Source: Escherichia coli (GTDB taxonomy: Bacteria > Pseudomonadota > Gammaproteobacteria > Enterobacterales > Enterobacteriaceae). Taken from it: 64,000 bases of DNA. A program made the position numbers and the translations under genes. Location of the stretch: assembly GCF_045037415.1 (NCBI RefSeq), contig NZ_CP173438.1; one strand, written 5' to 3'. Shown in pieces: positions 48,896 through 61,516 of this stretch (position 1 is the first letter of the stretch; each line of letters begins with the position of its first letter). The notes below the pieces were generated by a model, which worked only from the letters and a program-made list of their open reading frames with translations, did not search any database and was not told where the DNA came from.

Positions 48896-49594
48896 TTAAA
48901 CGCTTTCTAACTGTTCTGCTGTGATGCTTCCCGGATGTTGCGTTTTTCCTGCCAGATAGCGTGTTTTAAAGCGGGTAAAATGCTCGCCTAACCCTGTCGC
49001 CGCCCTGGTATCGCCGGCCATATCTAACAGTGCGATGGCTACCTCGGCAGTACAATATTGGCCTTCAGCCTGGGCTTCACGCAGGCGATAGGCAGAAAGC
49101 CGAGAAAGATCGACGGAAATGACGGGAAGATTATCCAGATACGGACTTTTACGAAACATCTTGCGAGCTTCTGGCCAGGTACCATCGAGCATGATAAATA
49201 GCGGAGGCTTATCGGCAGGTGGTGTGAAGATCACTTCCCGTTGCTCATCAGCATACGAAGCGGGAAAGACCACCATTGGCTGATAGTCTGGGTTTTGCAC
49301 CAGATCCAGCAAATCTTGCGAGGGTTCGGTACGCGACCATTGAAACGCAACGGTATCAGGCAAAATATCAGCAATCAGACGCCCGGTATTACTGGGCTTC
49401 ATTGGCTCGGTGTCGAACATCAGCAAACAGAAGTGACTTTTTGCTTGTGCTGGGGTAATTGTCGAACAGAGACATAATTTCTCTGGCAAAAGACAGCGTT
49501 GGCAGCGACGAACGCGATTACCGCGGGCAAGAAAAGGACGTGTTGCGCGCGCAATACGCTCGGCGCGTAACTGGAGAACAGCGTTTTCGGTCAT
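48896..49594 (-). CDS. yfiP: YfiP/TapT, DTW-domain tRNA aminocarboxypropyltransferase
   Basis: Track ORF 48896..49645; start placed at MTENAVLQLRAERIARATRPFLARGNRVRRCQRCLLPEKLCLC... (232 aa) with the Cys-rich N-terminus and DTW motif region. Confidence 0.85.
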   Translation of the reverse strand: MTENAVLQLRAERIARATRPFLARGNRVRRCQRCLLPEKLCLCSTITPAQAKSHFCLLMFDTEPMKPSNTGRLIADILPDTVAFQWSRTEPSQDLLDLVQNPDYQPMVVFPASYADEQREVIFTPPADKPPLFIMLDGTWPEARKMFRKSPYLDNLPVISVDLSRLSAYRLREAQAEGQYCTAEVAIALLDMAGDTRAATGLGEHFTRFKTRYLAGKTQHPGSITAEQLESV

Positions 49595-49662
49595 AAGAGA
49601 GCGTCGAAAAAACGCCATTGTCGCAGAGGAGAAAACGGGGCACAAGATGCGCCCCGGTAAGA

Positions 49663-50082
49663 TTAAAGAGATTCGTTCAGCCAGCTGTCGAACGGCGCTT
49701 TCGGTACTGCGCCATTAAGCATGTCGACAACCTGACCGTTTTTGAAAATCATGATCGTCGGTATACTACGAATTCCAAAGCGACTGCTCAATTCACGTTC
49801 AGCTTCGGTATTCACTTTCACAAAGCGCACTTTACCGCTACGCTCTTGCGCGACATCTTCAAAAATTGGTGCGAAATTACGGCAGGGGCCGCACCACGGT
49901 GCCCAGAAGTCGATCACCACAGGTAGATCATCTTTCAGCAATTTGTCGAGCGTTTCACCGGTCGCATTAATCACCTCTCCGTCAAACAAGTCGTGACCGC
50001 AGCGTCCGCATTTTGCCGCATCTTCGATCCGATCGTCGGGAATGCGATTGATGGCCTGACAATGGGTACAAACGGTATTCAT
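49663..50082 (-). CDS. trxC: TrxC, thioredoxin 2 with N-terminal zinc-finger extension
   Basis: 139-aa [36 protein letters not shown]... followed by the WCGPC active site. Confidence 0.95.
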
Positions 50083-50288
50083 AACTAACCTCGGGATGAG
50101 TAAGGAGACTTATCGGCAACGACGCCGGTATGTTTCTAATATGTTACATATTATCGGGGACATTGTTCCAGACAACAATCTGTTTTATTCAATGGGTATG
50201 ATAGACACAGGCTTTGGAACGAAATCATGGCGAACCGCGCGCACTTCGGGTAATCTGCGCGCTTCGCGCAGCGCTGGTGGAGAAAAGC

Positions 50289-51326
50289 ATGAACGATGAA
50301 ATGAAAGGTAAAAGCGGCAAGGTCAAAGTGATGTATGTCCGCAGTGATGATGATTCTGATAAACGTACCCACAACCCGCGTACCGGGAAAGGGGGCGGGC
50401 GTCCAGGAAAATCTCGTGCTGACGGTGGCCGTCGCCCCGCCCGCGATGACAAACAGAGTCAGCACCGTGACCGCAAGTGGGAAGATTCGCCGTGGCGCAC
50501 GGTTTCCCGCGCGCCGGGTGATGAGACGCCGGAAAAGGCCGATCACGGTGGCATCAGTGGTAAAAGTTTTATTGATCCGGAAGTTTTGCGTCGTCAGCGT
50601 GCGGAAGAAACCCGCGTCTACGGCGAAAACGCCTGTCAGGCACTGTTCCAGAGCCGTCCGGAAGCGATTGTTCGCGCCTGGTTTATCCAGAGCGTAACGC
50701 CACGTTTTAAAGAAGCCTTGCGCTGGATGGCGGCAAACCGCAAAGCGTACCATGTGGTGGATGAAGCGGAACTGACAAAAGCGTCAGGCACGGAACATCA
50801 CGGCGGCGTTTGCTTCCTGATCAAAAAGCGTAACGGTACAACCGTGCAGCAGTGGGTAAGCCAGGCAGGCGCGCAGGATTGTGTACTGGCCCTGGAAAAC
50901 GAATCTAACCCGCATAACCTGGGTGGCATGATGCGTAGCTGTGCGCACTTCGGCGTGAAAGGTGTTGTGGTGCAGGATGCAGCACTGCTGGAGTCTGGGG
51001 CGGCTATCCGTACCGCAGAAGGCGGCGCAGAGCACGTTCAGCCGATTACTGGCGACAACATTGTTAACGTGCTGGATGATTTCCGTCAGGCGGGTTACAC
51101 CGTAGTGACAACTTCCAGCGAGCAGGGTAAACCGCTGTTCAAAACCAGTCTGCCAGCGAAAATGGTACTGGTGCTGGGTCAGGAATATGAAGGGTTACCG
51201 GATGCCGCACGCGATCCGAACGATCTGCGCGTGAAGATTGATGGTACTGGCAACGTTGCCGGGCTGAATATCTCTGTCGCAACCGGCGTTCTTCTTGGCG
51301 AATGGTGGCGTCAGAATAAAGCCTGA
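50289..51326 (+). CDS. yfiF: YfiF, SpoU/TrmH-family RNA 2'-O-methyltransferase with a basic N-terminal extension
   Basis: Start at [41 protein letters not shown]..., 345 aa; SPOUT methyltransferase motifs in the C-terminal half. Confidence 0.9.
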   Translation: MNDEMKGKSGKVKVMYVRSDDDSDKRTHNPRTGKGGGRPGKSRADGGRRPARDDKQSQHRDRKWEDSPWRTVSRAPGDETPEKADHGGISGKSFIDPEVLRRQRAEETRVYGENACQALFQSRPEAIVRAWFIQSVTPRFKEALRWMAANRKAYHVVDEAELTKASGTEHHGGVCFLIKKRNGTTVQQWVSQAGAQDCVLALENESNPHNLGGMMRSCAHFGVKGVVVQDAALLESGAAIRTAEGGAEHVQPITGDNIVNVLDDFRQAGYTVVTTSSEQGKPLFKTSLPAKMVLVLGQEYEGLPDAARDPNDLRVKIDGTGNVAGLNISVATGVLLGEWWRQNKA

Positions 51327-51373
51327 TAAATCAGCCGGGTGGCAACTCTGCCATCCGGCATTTTCCCGCAAAT

Positions 51374-52063
51374 TTACTCACTCTCTGCCGGTAATACTGG
51401 CATCCAGTCAATCGGCGTCTCGCCACGTTGTTCCAGCCACTGATTTGCCAGCACAAAATGGTTGCAGCCAAAGAATCCACGATGCGCCGAAAGCGGCGAC
51501 GGATGCGGTGCTTTCAGTACATGATGGCGTTGCTTATCTATAATCGCCCCTTTCTTTTGCGCATGTGATCCCCACAACAAAAACACCACGCCTTCGCGAT
51601 GCTGATTTATGAGGCTGATGACTTTATCAGTAAACGTCTCCCAGCCGAGGCTGGCGTGGGAATGCGCCTGACCAGCGCGAACCGTCAAGACGGTATTGAG
51701 CAGCAGAACACCCTGACGCGCCCAGCTTTCAAGATAACCATGATTAGGGCGGGTGAAACCGGGAATAGTATTTTCCAGCTCTTTATACATATTCAGCAGT
51801 GACGGTGGTGTCGCAATGCCGGGGCGAACGGAAAATGCCAGACCATGCGCCTGTCCTGGTCCGTGATAAGGATCCTGACCGAGAATCACCACTTTAACGT
51901 CACCCAACTCCGTAAAGCGGAACGCGTTAAAGACATCTTTTTGTGGTGGATAGATAGTGACGCCGGACTGCCGCTCGCTGGCGACGGTCTGAAGGGTATT
52001 AAGAAAATAGGGTTGCTGCTTCTCTTCAGCCAGCACATCATGCCAGGTTAATTCGTTAGCCAT
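51374..52063 (-). CDS. ung: Ung, uracil-DNA glycosylase
   Basis: 229-aa [78 protein letters not shown]...; recognised as Ung. Confidence 0.97.
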   Translation of the reverse strand: MANELTWHDVLAEEKQQPYFLNTLQTVASERQSGVTIYPPQKDVFNAFRFTELGDVKVVILGQDPYHGPGQAHGLAFSVRPGIATPPSLLNMYKELENTIPGFTRPNHGYLESWARQGVLLLNTVLTVRAGQAHSHASLGWETFTDKVISLINQHREGVVFLLWGSHAQKKGAIIDKQRHHVLKAPHPSPLSAHRGFFGCNHFVLANQWLEQRGETPIDWMPVLPAESE

Positions 52064-52193
52064 CTCGCTCTCCTGCGAATCTTTAATCCGCCTAGCTTAA
52101 CTGCTTCTTTCTACAGAACAAAATCATGCTCATTTTATAGACAAAAAGACATGCAAAAAAATGTAAATTGGTAAAATTTCACATCTGCATAAG

Positions 52194-52260
52194 TTGATGT
52201 AAAACAATAAAATCCATTTGTGACCACACTTGATATGTGGTTTTTATTGATTTAAATCAA
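52194..52260 (+). promoter_or_regulatory. Two FNR-type sites in the grcA promoter
   Basis: TTGATTTAAATCAA at 52247-52260 is a perfect TTGAT-N4-ATCAA palindrome; TTGATGTAAAACAA at 52194-52207 has one mismatch; centres 53 bp apart. Confidence 0.75.
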
Positions 52261-52367
52261 AGAATCAAGGGTGTTTGAGGAGTATATATACACTCAAGCA
52301 ACAATGGTTTTACCAATTGGCCGCGACAGGCTGAACAAATCAAATAATTTTGCCGGGGAGGCATCAC

Positions 52368-52751
52368 ATGATTACAGGTATCCAGATTACTAAAGCCGCT
52401 AACGACGATCTGCTGAACTCTTTCTGGTTGCTGGACAGCGAAAAAGGCGAAGCGCGTTGCATCGTTGCGAAAGCAGGTTTTGCAGAAGACGAAGTGGTTG
52501 CAGTAAGCAAACTGGGTGACATTGAATACCGTGAAGTTCCAGTAGAAGTGAAACCAGAAGTTCGCGTTGAAGGTGGTCAACACCTGAACGTTAACGTTCT
52601 GCGTCGTGAAACTCTGGAAGATGCAGTTAAGCATCCGGAAAAATATCCGCAGCTGACCATCCGTGTATCCGGTTATGCAGTTCGCTTTAACTCTCTGACT
52701 CCGGAACAGCAGCGCGACGTTATCGCTCGTACCTTTACTGAAAGCCTGTAA
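52368..52751 (+). CDS. grcA: GrcA (YfiD), glycyl-radical autonomous cofactor
   Basis: Start at [46 protein letters not shown]..., 127 aa, with the C-terminal glycyl-radical motif RVSGYAV. Confidence 0.95.
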
Positions 52752-52806
52752 GGCTTAAGTAGCAAGTTACTAAGCGGAAGAGGGCGACCTCTTCCGCTTT
52801 TTTTCG

Positions 52807-53394
52807 TTAATAGAAAATGCGTACCGCGCAATAGACCAGCAACAGGGCAAGCACGATATTTAACTGGCGACCATACTGGCGAAACAATCGCTGAAACAGA
52901 TGCCCCGCCAGCGCCCAGCACACATTGCCAAACGTCCCAATCATCGCCAGCAAAACGCTGACGCCAACTACCCAGCTTAGCGCCTGTGTTTGCGGCAGAA
53001 CAAACGTCGACAGTGCCGTAACACCGTACAAAATGATTTTGACGTTCACAAACTGCAAAGCAAAGCTGGCCCAAAAGCTGATTGGTTTTGCCTGAAGTCC
53101 GTCTTCCTTTGTTGGGCTGGTGGCGATTTTCCACGCCAGCCAGACAATATATGCCGCCCCCGCCCAACTCAAAAGGTGTACCGCTGCCGGGTCAATCACT
53201 GCCAGTGAAAATGAAATGCCCGCACACAGTAACATCACAATCAAAAATCCCAGACTCATCCCTGCCAGCACACGGGTACTTTGACGAAATCCATGCGACG
53301 TAGCAGAGCTAAGGGCGAGAATATTGTTCGGTCCTGGCGTCATGGCGGTAATCAGGGTGTAAGTCCAAAAAGCACTTAAAAGGGTCGGTGTCAC
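52807..53394 (-). CDS. eamB: EamB (YfiK), LysE/RhtB-family cysteine / O-acetylserine exporter
   Basis: 195-aa hydrophobic ORF MTPTLLSAFWTYTLITAMTPGPNNILALSSATSHGF...; recognised as YfiK. Confidence 0.9.
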   Translation of the reverse strand: MTPTLLSAFWTYTLITAMTPGPNNILALSSATSHGFRQSTRVLAGMSLGFLIVMLLCAGISFSLAVIDPAAVHLLSWAGAAYIVWLAWKIATSPTKEDGLQAKPISFWASFALQFVNVKIILYGVTALSTFVLPQTQALSWVVGVSVLLAMIGTFGNVCWALAGHLFQRLFRQYGRQLNIVLALLLVYCAVRIFY

Positions 53395-53496
53395 TTGTTA
53401 TCTCCTCTGTTTTGGTAGACAGTACCCGACACGGAACATTTAAAAAAATGAATGTTTTTACATTCTAAATTCGATATTTTCGATAGGTTTGGGGTT

Positions 53497-54378
53497 ATGG
53501 ATCTGCGCCGTTTTATTACGCTTAAAACCGTGGTGGAAGAGGGTTCCTTTTTGCGAGCTTCGCAAAAATTGTGCTGTACACAATCGACGGTGACTTTTCA
53601 TATTCAGCAGCTTGAGCAGGAGTTCTCGGTACAATTGTTTGAGAAAATTGGTCGACGAATGTGCCTTACCCGCGAAGGAAAAAAGCTGCTGCCGCACATC
53701 TATGAACTTACCCGAGTGATGGATACGCTTCGTGAGGCTGCTAAAAAAGAGTCGGATCCGGACGGGGAACTACGCGTTATTTCAGGCGAAACGTTGCTCT
53801 CTTATCGAATGCCGCAGGTGTTGCAGCGTTTTCGGCAACGCGCTCCAAAAGTGCGTTTATCGTTGCAGTCGCTGAACTGTTACGTGATCCGTGATGCGCT
53901 ACTGAATGATGAGGCCGATGTCGGGGTTTTTTATCGCGTAGGGAATGATGATGCTCTGAACCGACGAGAGTTGGGTGAACAACCGCTGGTGCTGGTGGCT
54001 TCACCGCAAATTGCAGATGTCGATTTTACTGAGCCGGGAAGACATAACGCCTGTAGCTTTATTATCAACGAACCACAATGTGTCTTCCGGCAGATATTTG
54101 AGAGCACGCTGCGCCAGCGGCGGATCACGGTGGAAAACACCATTGAGCTTATAAGTATCGAAAGCATCAAGCGTTGTGTCGCGGCAAATATCGGAGTCAG
54201 TTACCTGCCGCGTTTTGCGGTAGTAAAAGAGTTGGAGTGCGGAGAATTAATTGAATTGCCTTTTGGCGAACAGTCGCAGACCATTACGGCAATGTGCGCT
54301 CACCATGCCGGAAAAGCGGTTAGCCCGGCGATGCACACTTTTATTCAGTGTGTTGAAGAGTGTTTTTTGCCGGGATAA
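53497..54378 (+). CDS. yfiE: YfiE, LysR-family transcriptional regulator
   Basis: Start at MDLRRFITLKTVVEEGSFLRASQKLCCTQSTVTFHIQQLEQEF... (LysR helix-turn-helix), 293 aa; divergent from yfiK. Confidence 0.9.
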   Translation: MDLRRFITLKTVVEEGSFLRASQKLCCTQSTVTFHIQQLEQEFSVQLFEKIGRRMCLTREGKKLLPHIYELTRVMDTLREAAKKESDPDGELRVISGETLLSYRMPQVLQRFRQRAPKVRLSLQSLNCYVIRDALLNDEADVGVFYRVGNDDALNRRELGEQPLVLVASPQIADVDFTEPGRHNACSFIINEPQCVFRQIFESTLRQRRITVENTIELISIESIKRCVAANIGVSYLPRFAVVKELECGELIELPFGEQSQTITAMCAHHAGKAVSPAMHTFIQCVEECFLPG

Positions 54379-54410
54379 AAACAATGCCGGGCTTAAACCC
54401 GGCATTGAGA

Positions 54411-55745
54411 TTACTCTTCTGTCGTTTGCGGTGGCACGCCCGTTCCGCTTGGTTTACGGCGCTTACCAATATTTTTAGTGTCGCGATGGCGTTTTTTCAC
54501 CCGCGGCTTCTCTTTCTCTTTAGCTTTTTTCTTCTCGGCACGTTTAGCCAACACTTTCTTCGATGGCTTGCCGGTCTGCTTCTCGCTTGGCGCACGCGTT
54601 TTCGGACGTAACTCATCAATTACGCGAGCTTTAATTGGCTCTTCAATATAACGGCCAACTTTGCCCAGCAGCAGATGGTCATGGGCTTCCACCAGCGAAA
54701 TCGCGGTGCCTTTACGACCGGCGCGCGCGGTACGTCCGATACGGTGCAAATAAGTATCGCCACTGCGCGGCATATCGAAGTTAAAGACGTGGCTGACGTC
54801 AGGAATGTCGATACCGCGCGCGGCAACATCGGTAGCAACCAGTACGTTTACGCGGCCTTCGGTCAAGCGTTTAATCGCTTCGTTACGCTTGCCTTGTACC
54901 ATCTCACCTTCGAGATAGCAGTTGTTGATGCCTGCTTCGCGCAGCCAGTTTGCCAGCTCATGCACACGCTCACGCTTACGCACAAACACAATTGAGCGGG
55001 TCGCTTCCGGCTGTTTTAACAGATGCACCAGCAACGCGGTTTTATGCTCAAGATCATCGGCGCGGTAATACCACTGATGAATTTTTTTGCGCTCACGGGT
55101 GGACGGATTGGCAGAAACTTCCACCGGATCTTCCAACAGACGCTCGGCAAAGTCCTGAATCGCATCGCCTTCCAGCGTTGCCGAAAAGAGCAGGGTCTGT
55201 TTACGCCAGCGCGTTTCGCCAGCAATATGTTCGATATCCTGGGCGAAGCCCATATCCAGCATACGGTCTGCTTCGTCGAGGATCAGCGTTTCAACCGCGC
55301 GGCAATCGAAGTTCTCTTCTTTTATGTATTGCAGCAGACGTCCGGTCGTGGCGACCACAATGTCCTGGTTTTCGCTGAACACTTCTGCGTGGTTCATATA
55401 GGCCACGCCGCCGGTGATGGTGGCAATATCCAGATGCGTATGTTTCGCCAGTTCGCGGGCATGATCGGCCACCTGCATCGCCAGCTCGCGAGTTGGGGTG
55501 AGGATCAAAATACGCGGCGGACCGGATTTCTTACGTGGGAAATCGAGCAGGTGCTGCAACGCTGGCAGCAGATACGCCGCCGTTTTACCGGTGCCTGTCG
55601 GCGCAGAACCGAGTACATCACGGCCATCGAGCGCAGGCGGAATGGCGGCAGCCTGAATGGCGGTCGGGCGAGTGAAACCTTTATCCTGGAGGGCTTCCAG
55701 CAGGCTTTCGTCGAGTTCAAGTTCGGAAAAAGTCGTTACAGTCAT
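54411..55745 (-). CDS. srmB: SrmB, DEAD-box ATP-dependent RNA helicase
   Basis: 444-aa [58 protein letters not shown]... with DEAD and SAT motifs and a basic C-terminal tail. Confidence 0.95.
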
Positions 55746-55876
55746 GTTCTACCTCTGTGTGGGGCGCTGATTATAGACGTTACGGCTGCAATCTTCATCT
55801 GTTTGTATGGATATCGCTTCTCGGGTATTGTTCTCACCCGGTGCTATCGCCGTTTTTCCTGCAAGGTTTTATTTTC

Positions 55877-58230
<2,354 letters not shown>

Positions 58231-58518
58231 TTAATTTACTAAACACTGTTTGGTCAGCATAACATCATGTTGTGCAAATAAACACCTGCTATTTTAATAT
58301 TTGTTACAGTGACTAAACACGCTGGCTCAGGGCGGCGAGAAAAAGAGAAGTTACTGGCTGGTGGAGGATTAGGTGGTGAAATAAAAAGGCCGTTGGGTTA
58401 CTCTTCAGGCAGTTAAATGGGCATTTCTACACAGATAATGCGATGTTCAGATTCTGTAGACTTATAATGATAGATAATGATCCGTCTACAGCATGACAAA
58501 CAAAAACAGATGCGTTAC

Positions 58519-58546
58519 GGAACTTTACAAAAACGAGACACTCTAA
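58519..58546 (+). promoter_or_regulatory. Sigma-E-dependent promoter (rpoE P2-like)
   Basis: GGAACTT at 58519-58525 and TCTAA at 58542-58546 with 16 bp spacing match the sigma-E consensus, about 85 bp upstream of rpoE. Confidence 0.7.
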
Positions 58547-58628
58547 CCCTTTGCTTGCTCAAATTGCAGCTAATGGAGTGGCGTTTCGATAGCGCGTGGA
58601 AATTTGGTTTGGGGAGACTTTACCTCGG

Positions 58629-59204
58629 ATGAGCGAGCAGTTAACGGACCAGGTCCTGGTTGAACGGGTCCAGAAGGGAGATCAGAAAGCCTTTAACTTA
58701 CTGGTAGTGCGCTATCAGCATAAAGTGGCGAGTCTGGTTTCCCGCTATGTGCCGTCGGGTGATGTTCCCGATGTGGTACAAGAAGCTTTTATTAAAGCCT
58801 ATCGTGCGCTGGATTCGTTCCGGGGAGATAGCGCTTTTTATACATGGCTGTATCGGATTGCTGTAAATACAGCGAAAAATTACCTGGTTGCTCAGGGGCG
58901 TCGTCCACCTTCCAGTGATGTGGATGCCATTGAAGCTGAAAACTTCGAAAGTGGCGGCGCGTTGAAAGAAATTTCGAACCCTGAGAACTTAATGTTGTCA
59001 GAAGAACTGAGACAGATAGTTTTCCGAACTATTGAGTCCCTCCCGGAAGATTTACGCATGGCAATAACCTTGCGGGAGCTGGATGGCCTGAGCTATGAAG
59101 AGATAGCCGCTATCATGGATTGTCCGGTGGGTACGGTGCGTTCACGTATCTTCCGAGCGAGGGAAGCTATTGATAACAAAGTTCAACCGCTTATCAGGCG
59201 TTGA
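58629..59204 (+). CDS. rpoE: RpoE, ECF sigma factor sigma-E
   Basis: Start at MSEQLTDQVLVERVQKGDQKAFNLLVVRYQHKVASLVSRYV..., 191 aa. Confidence 0.97.
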   Translation: MSEQLTDQVLVERVQKGDQKAFNLLVVRYQHKVASLVSRYVPSGDVPDVVQEAFIKAYRALDSFRGDSAFYTWLYRIAVNTAKNYLVAQGRRPPSSDVDAIEAENFESGGALKEISNPENLMLSEELRQIVFRTIESLPEDLRMAITLRELDGLSYEEIAAIMDCPVGTVRSRIFRAREAIDNKVQPLIRR

Positions 59205-59236
59205 CGATAGCGGGATACTGGATAAGGGTATTAGGC

Positions 59237-59887
59237 ATGCAGAAAGAACAACTTTCCGCTTTAATGGATGGCGAAACGCTGGATAGTGAGCTGCTTAACG
59301 AACTGGCTCATAACCCAGAAATGCAGAAAACCTGGGAAAGCTATCACTTAATCCGTGACTCAATGCGGGGTGATACTCCCGAGGTGCTCCATTTCGATAT
59401 CTCTTCACGCGTGATGGCCGCCATTGAAGAAGAGCCAGTACGTCAACCGGCGACATTGATCCCGGAAGCCCAGCCTGCGCCGCATCAATGGCAGAAAATG
59501 CCATTCTGGCAGAAAGTACGTCCGTGGGCGGCACAGCTTACCCAAATGGGCGTAGCAGCATGCGTATCGCTTGCAGTTATCGTTGGCGTCCAGCACTATA
59601 ATGGGCAATCTGAAACGTCCCAGCAGCCCGAAACGCCAGTATTTAATACACTGCCGATGATGGGTAAAGCCAGCCCGGTTAGTCTGGGAGTACCTTCTGA
59701 AGCGACCGCAAATAATGGTCAACAGCAGCAGGTACAGGAGCAGCGTCGTCGCATTAATGCAATGTTGCAGGATTACGAACTGCAACGCCGACTCCACTCT
59801 GAACAGCTTCAGTTTGAGCAGGCACAAACTCAGCAAGCCGCTGTACAGGTGCCAGGAATTCAAACTTTAGGAACGCAATCGCAGTAA
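59237..59887 (+). CDS. rseA: RseA, anti-sigma-E factor
   Basis: Start at MQKEQLSALMDGETLDSELLNELAHNPEMQKTWESYHLIRDSMRG..., 216 aa, with a central transmembrane segment and Gln-rich C-terminus. Confidence 0.95.
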   Translation: MQKEQLSALMDGETLDSELLNELAHNPEMQKTWESYHLIRDSMRGDTPEVLHFDISSRVMAAIEEEPVRQPATLIPEAQPAPHQWQKMPFWQKVRPWAAQLTQMGVAACVSLAVIVGVQHYNGQSETSQQPETPVFNTLPMMGKASPVSLGVPSEATANNGQQQQVQEQRRRINAMLQDYELQRRLHSEQLQFEQAQTQQAAVQVPGIQTLGTQSQ

Positions 59888-60843
59888 TGAAGCAACTTTG
59901 GTTTGCCATGTCATTAGTGACAGGTAGCCTGTTATTCTCTGCTAACGCCTTGGCCACTCCCGCGTCCGGGGCGTTATTACAGCAGATGAACCTGGCCAGT
60001 CAGTCACTGAATTACGAGCTGTCATTTATCAGCATCAATAAACAGGGTGTTGAGTCTCTGCGTTATCGACATGCACGCCTCGATAACCGTCCTCTTGCAC
60101 AATTGTTGCAAATGGATGGCCCGCGCCGGGAAGTGGTACAGCGCGGCAATGAAATCAGCTATTTTGAACCGGGACTTGAACCGTTCACGCTTAATGGCGA
60201 TTACATTGTTGATTCTCTGCCATCGCTCATCTATACCGATTTCAAACGCCTTTCTCCTTACTACGACTTTATCTCTGTCGGGCGCACGCGTATTGCTGAT
60301 CGTCTTTGCGAAGTCATTCGTGTGGTTGCCCGAGATGGTACACGCTACAGCTACATCGTGTGGATGGACACCGAATCGAAATTACCGATGCGGGTTGATC
60401 TCCTTGATCGCGATGGTGAAACGCTGGAACAATTTCGCGTGATTGCTTTTAACGTCAATCAGGATATCGGCAGCAGTATGCAGACGCTGGCGAAGGCAAA
60501 TTTGCCGCCGTTGCTTTCTGTTCCTGTTGGTGAAAAAGCTAAATTCAGCTGGACGCCAACCTGGCTGCCACAGGGTTTTAGCGAAGTTTCCAGTAGTCGA
60601 CGTCCGCTACCGACGATGGACAACATGCCTATCGAATCACGTCTCTATTCCGACGGATTATTCAGCTTCTCGGTAAACGTTAACCGCGCTACGCCATCGA
60701 GCACCGATCAGATGTTGCGCACCGGACGCAGAACCGTCAGTACAAGCGTACGTGATAACGCCGAAATCACCATTGTTGGTGAACTGCCGCCGCAAACGGC
60801 GAAACGCATTGCCGAGAATATTAAGTTCGGGACAGCGCAATGA
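59887..60843 (+). CDS. rseB: RseB, periplasmic regulator of sigma-E
   Basis: 318-aa ORF MKQLWFAMSLVTGSLLFSANALATPASGALLQQMNLA... with a signal peptide. Confidence 0.95.
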   Translation: MKQLWFAMSLVTGSLLFSANALATPASGALLQQMNLASQSLNYELSFISINKQGVESLRYRHARLDNRPLAQLLQMDGPRREVVQRGNEISYFEPGLEPFTLNGDYIVDSLPSLIYTDFKRLSPYYDFISVGRTRIADRLCEVIRVVARDGTRYSYIVWMDTESKLPMRVDLLDRDGETLEQFRVIAFNVNQDIGSSMQTLAKANLPPLLSVPVGEKAKFSWTPTWLPQGFSEVSSSRRPLPTMDNMPIESRLYSDGLFSFSVNVNRATPSSTDQMLRTGRRTVSTSVRDNAEITIVGELPPQTAKRIAENIKFGTAQ

Positions 60844-61319
60844 TCAAAGAGTGGGCTACCGTCGTCTCCTGGGAAAACGGGCAGGCGCTGGTCAGTTGTG
60901 ATGTTAAAGCCTCATGCAGCAGCTGCGCTTCACGCGCCGGTTGCGGTAGCCGTGTGTTGAATAAACTTGGCCCGCAAACCACGCATACCATTGTCGTACC
61001 CTGTGATGAGCCGCTAGTGCCGGGGCAAAAAGTGGAATTGGGGATCGCCGAAGGCAGCCTTCTTAGCTCCGCATTACTGGTTTATATGTCGCCGCTGGTG
61101 GGATTATTCCTCATCGCTTCGCTATTTCAGCTACTCTTTGCTTCTGACGTCGCAGCATTATGTGGTGCGATCCTCGGCGGTATTGGTGGGTTCCTGATTG
61201 CGCGCGGCTATTCGCGTAAGTTTGCTGCCCGGGCAGAATGGCAACCGATCATCTTAAGCGTGGCATTGCCGCCTGGCCTTGTGCGATTTGAAACATCTTC
61301 GGAAGACGCGAGCCAGTGA
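60840..61319 (+). CDS. rseC: RseC, membrane protein of the rpoE operon
   Basis: 159-aa ORF MIKEWATVVSWENGQALVSCDVKASCSSCASRAGCGSRVL...; its start overlaps the rseB stop by 4 nt. Confidence 0.9.
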   Translation: MIKEWATVVSWENGQALVSCDVKASCSSCASRAGCGSRVLNKLGPQTTHTIVVPCDEPLVPGQKVELGIAEGSLLSSALLVYMSPLVGLFLIASLFQLLFASDVAALCGAILGGIGGFLIARGYSRKFAARAEWQPIILSVALPPGLVRFETSSEDASQ

Positions 61320-61516
61320 TTTCACTGGCTTTGTTGCATTTTGCATAACAAATGCGAGGACGTTTCCATATACCACAATCCATACGGTATGAACATTTCC
61401 TCGCCTCAATGTTGTAGTGTAGAATGCGGCGTTTCTATTAATACAGACGTTAAGCTCAGAACAGCGACTTCTAAAAGCCTGGTTAACCGGGCATTAAGGC
61501 ACAATAATCATACTTT

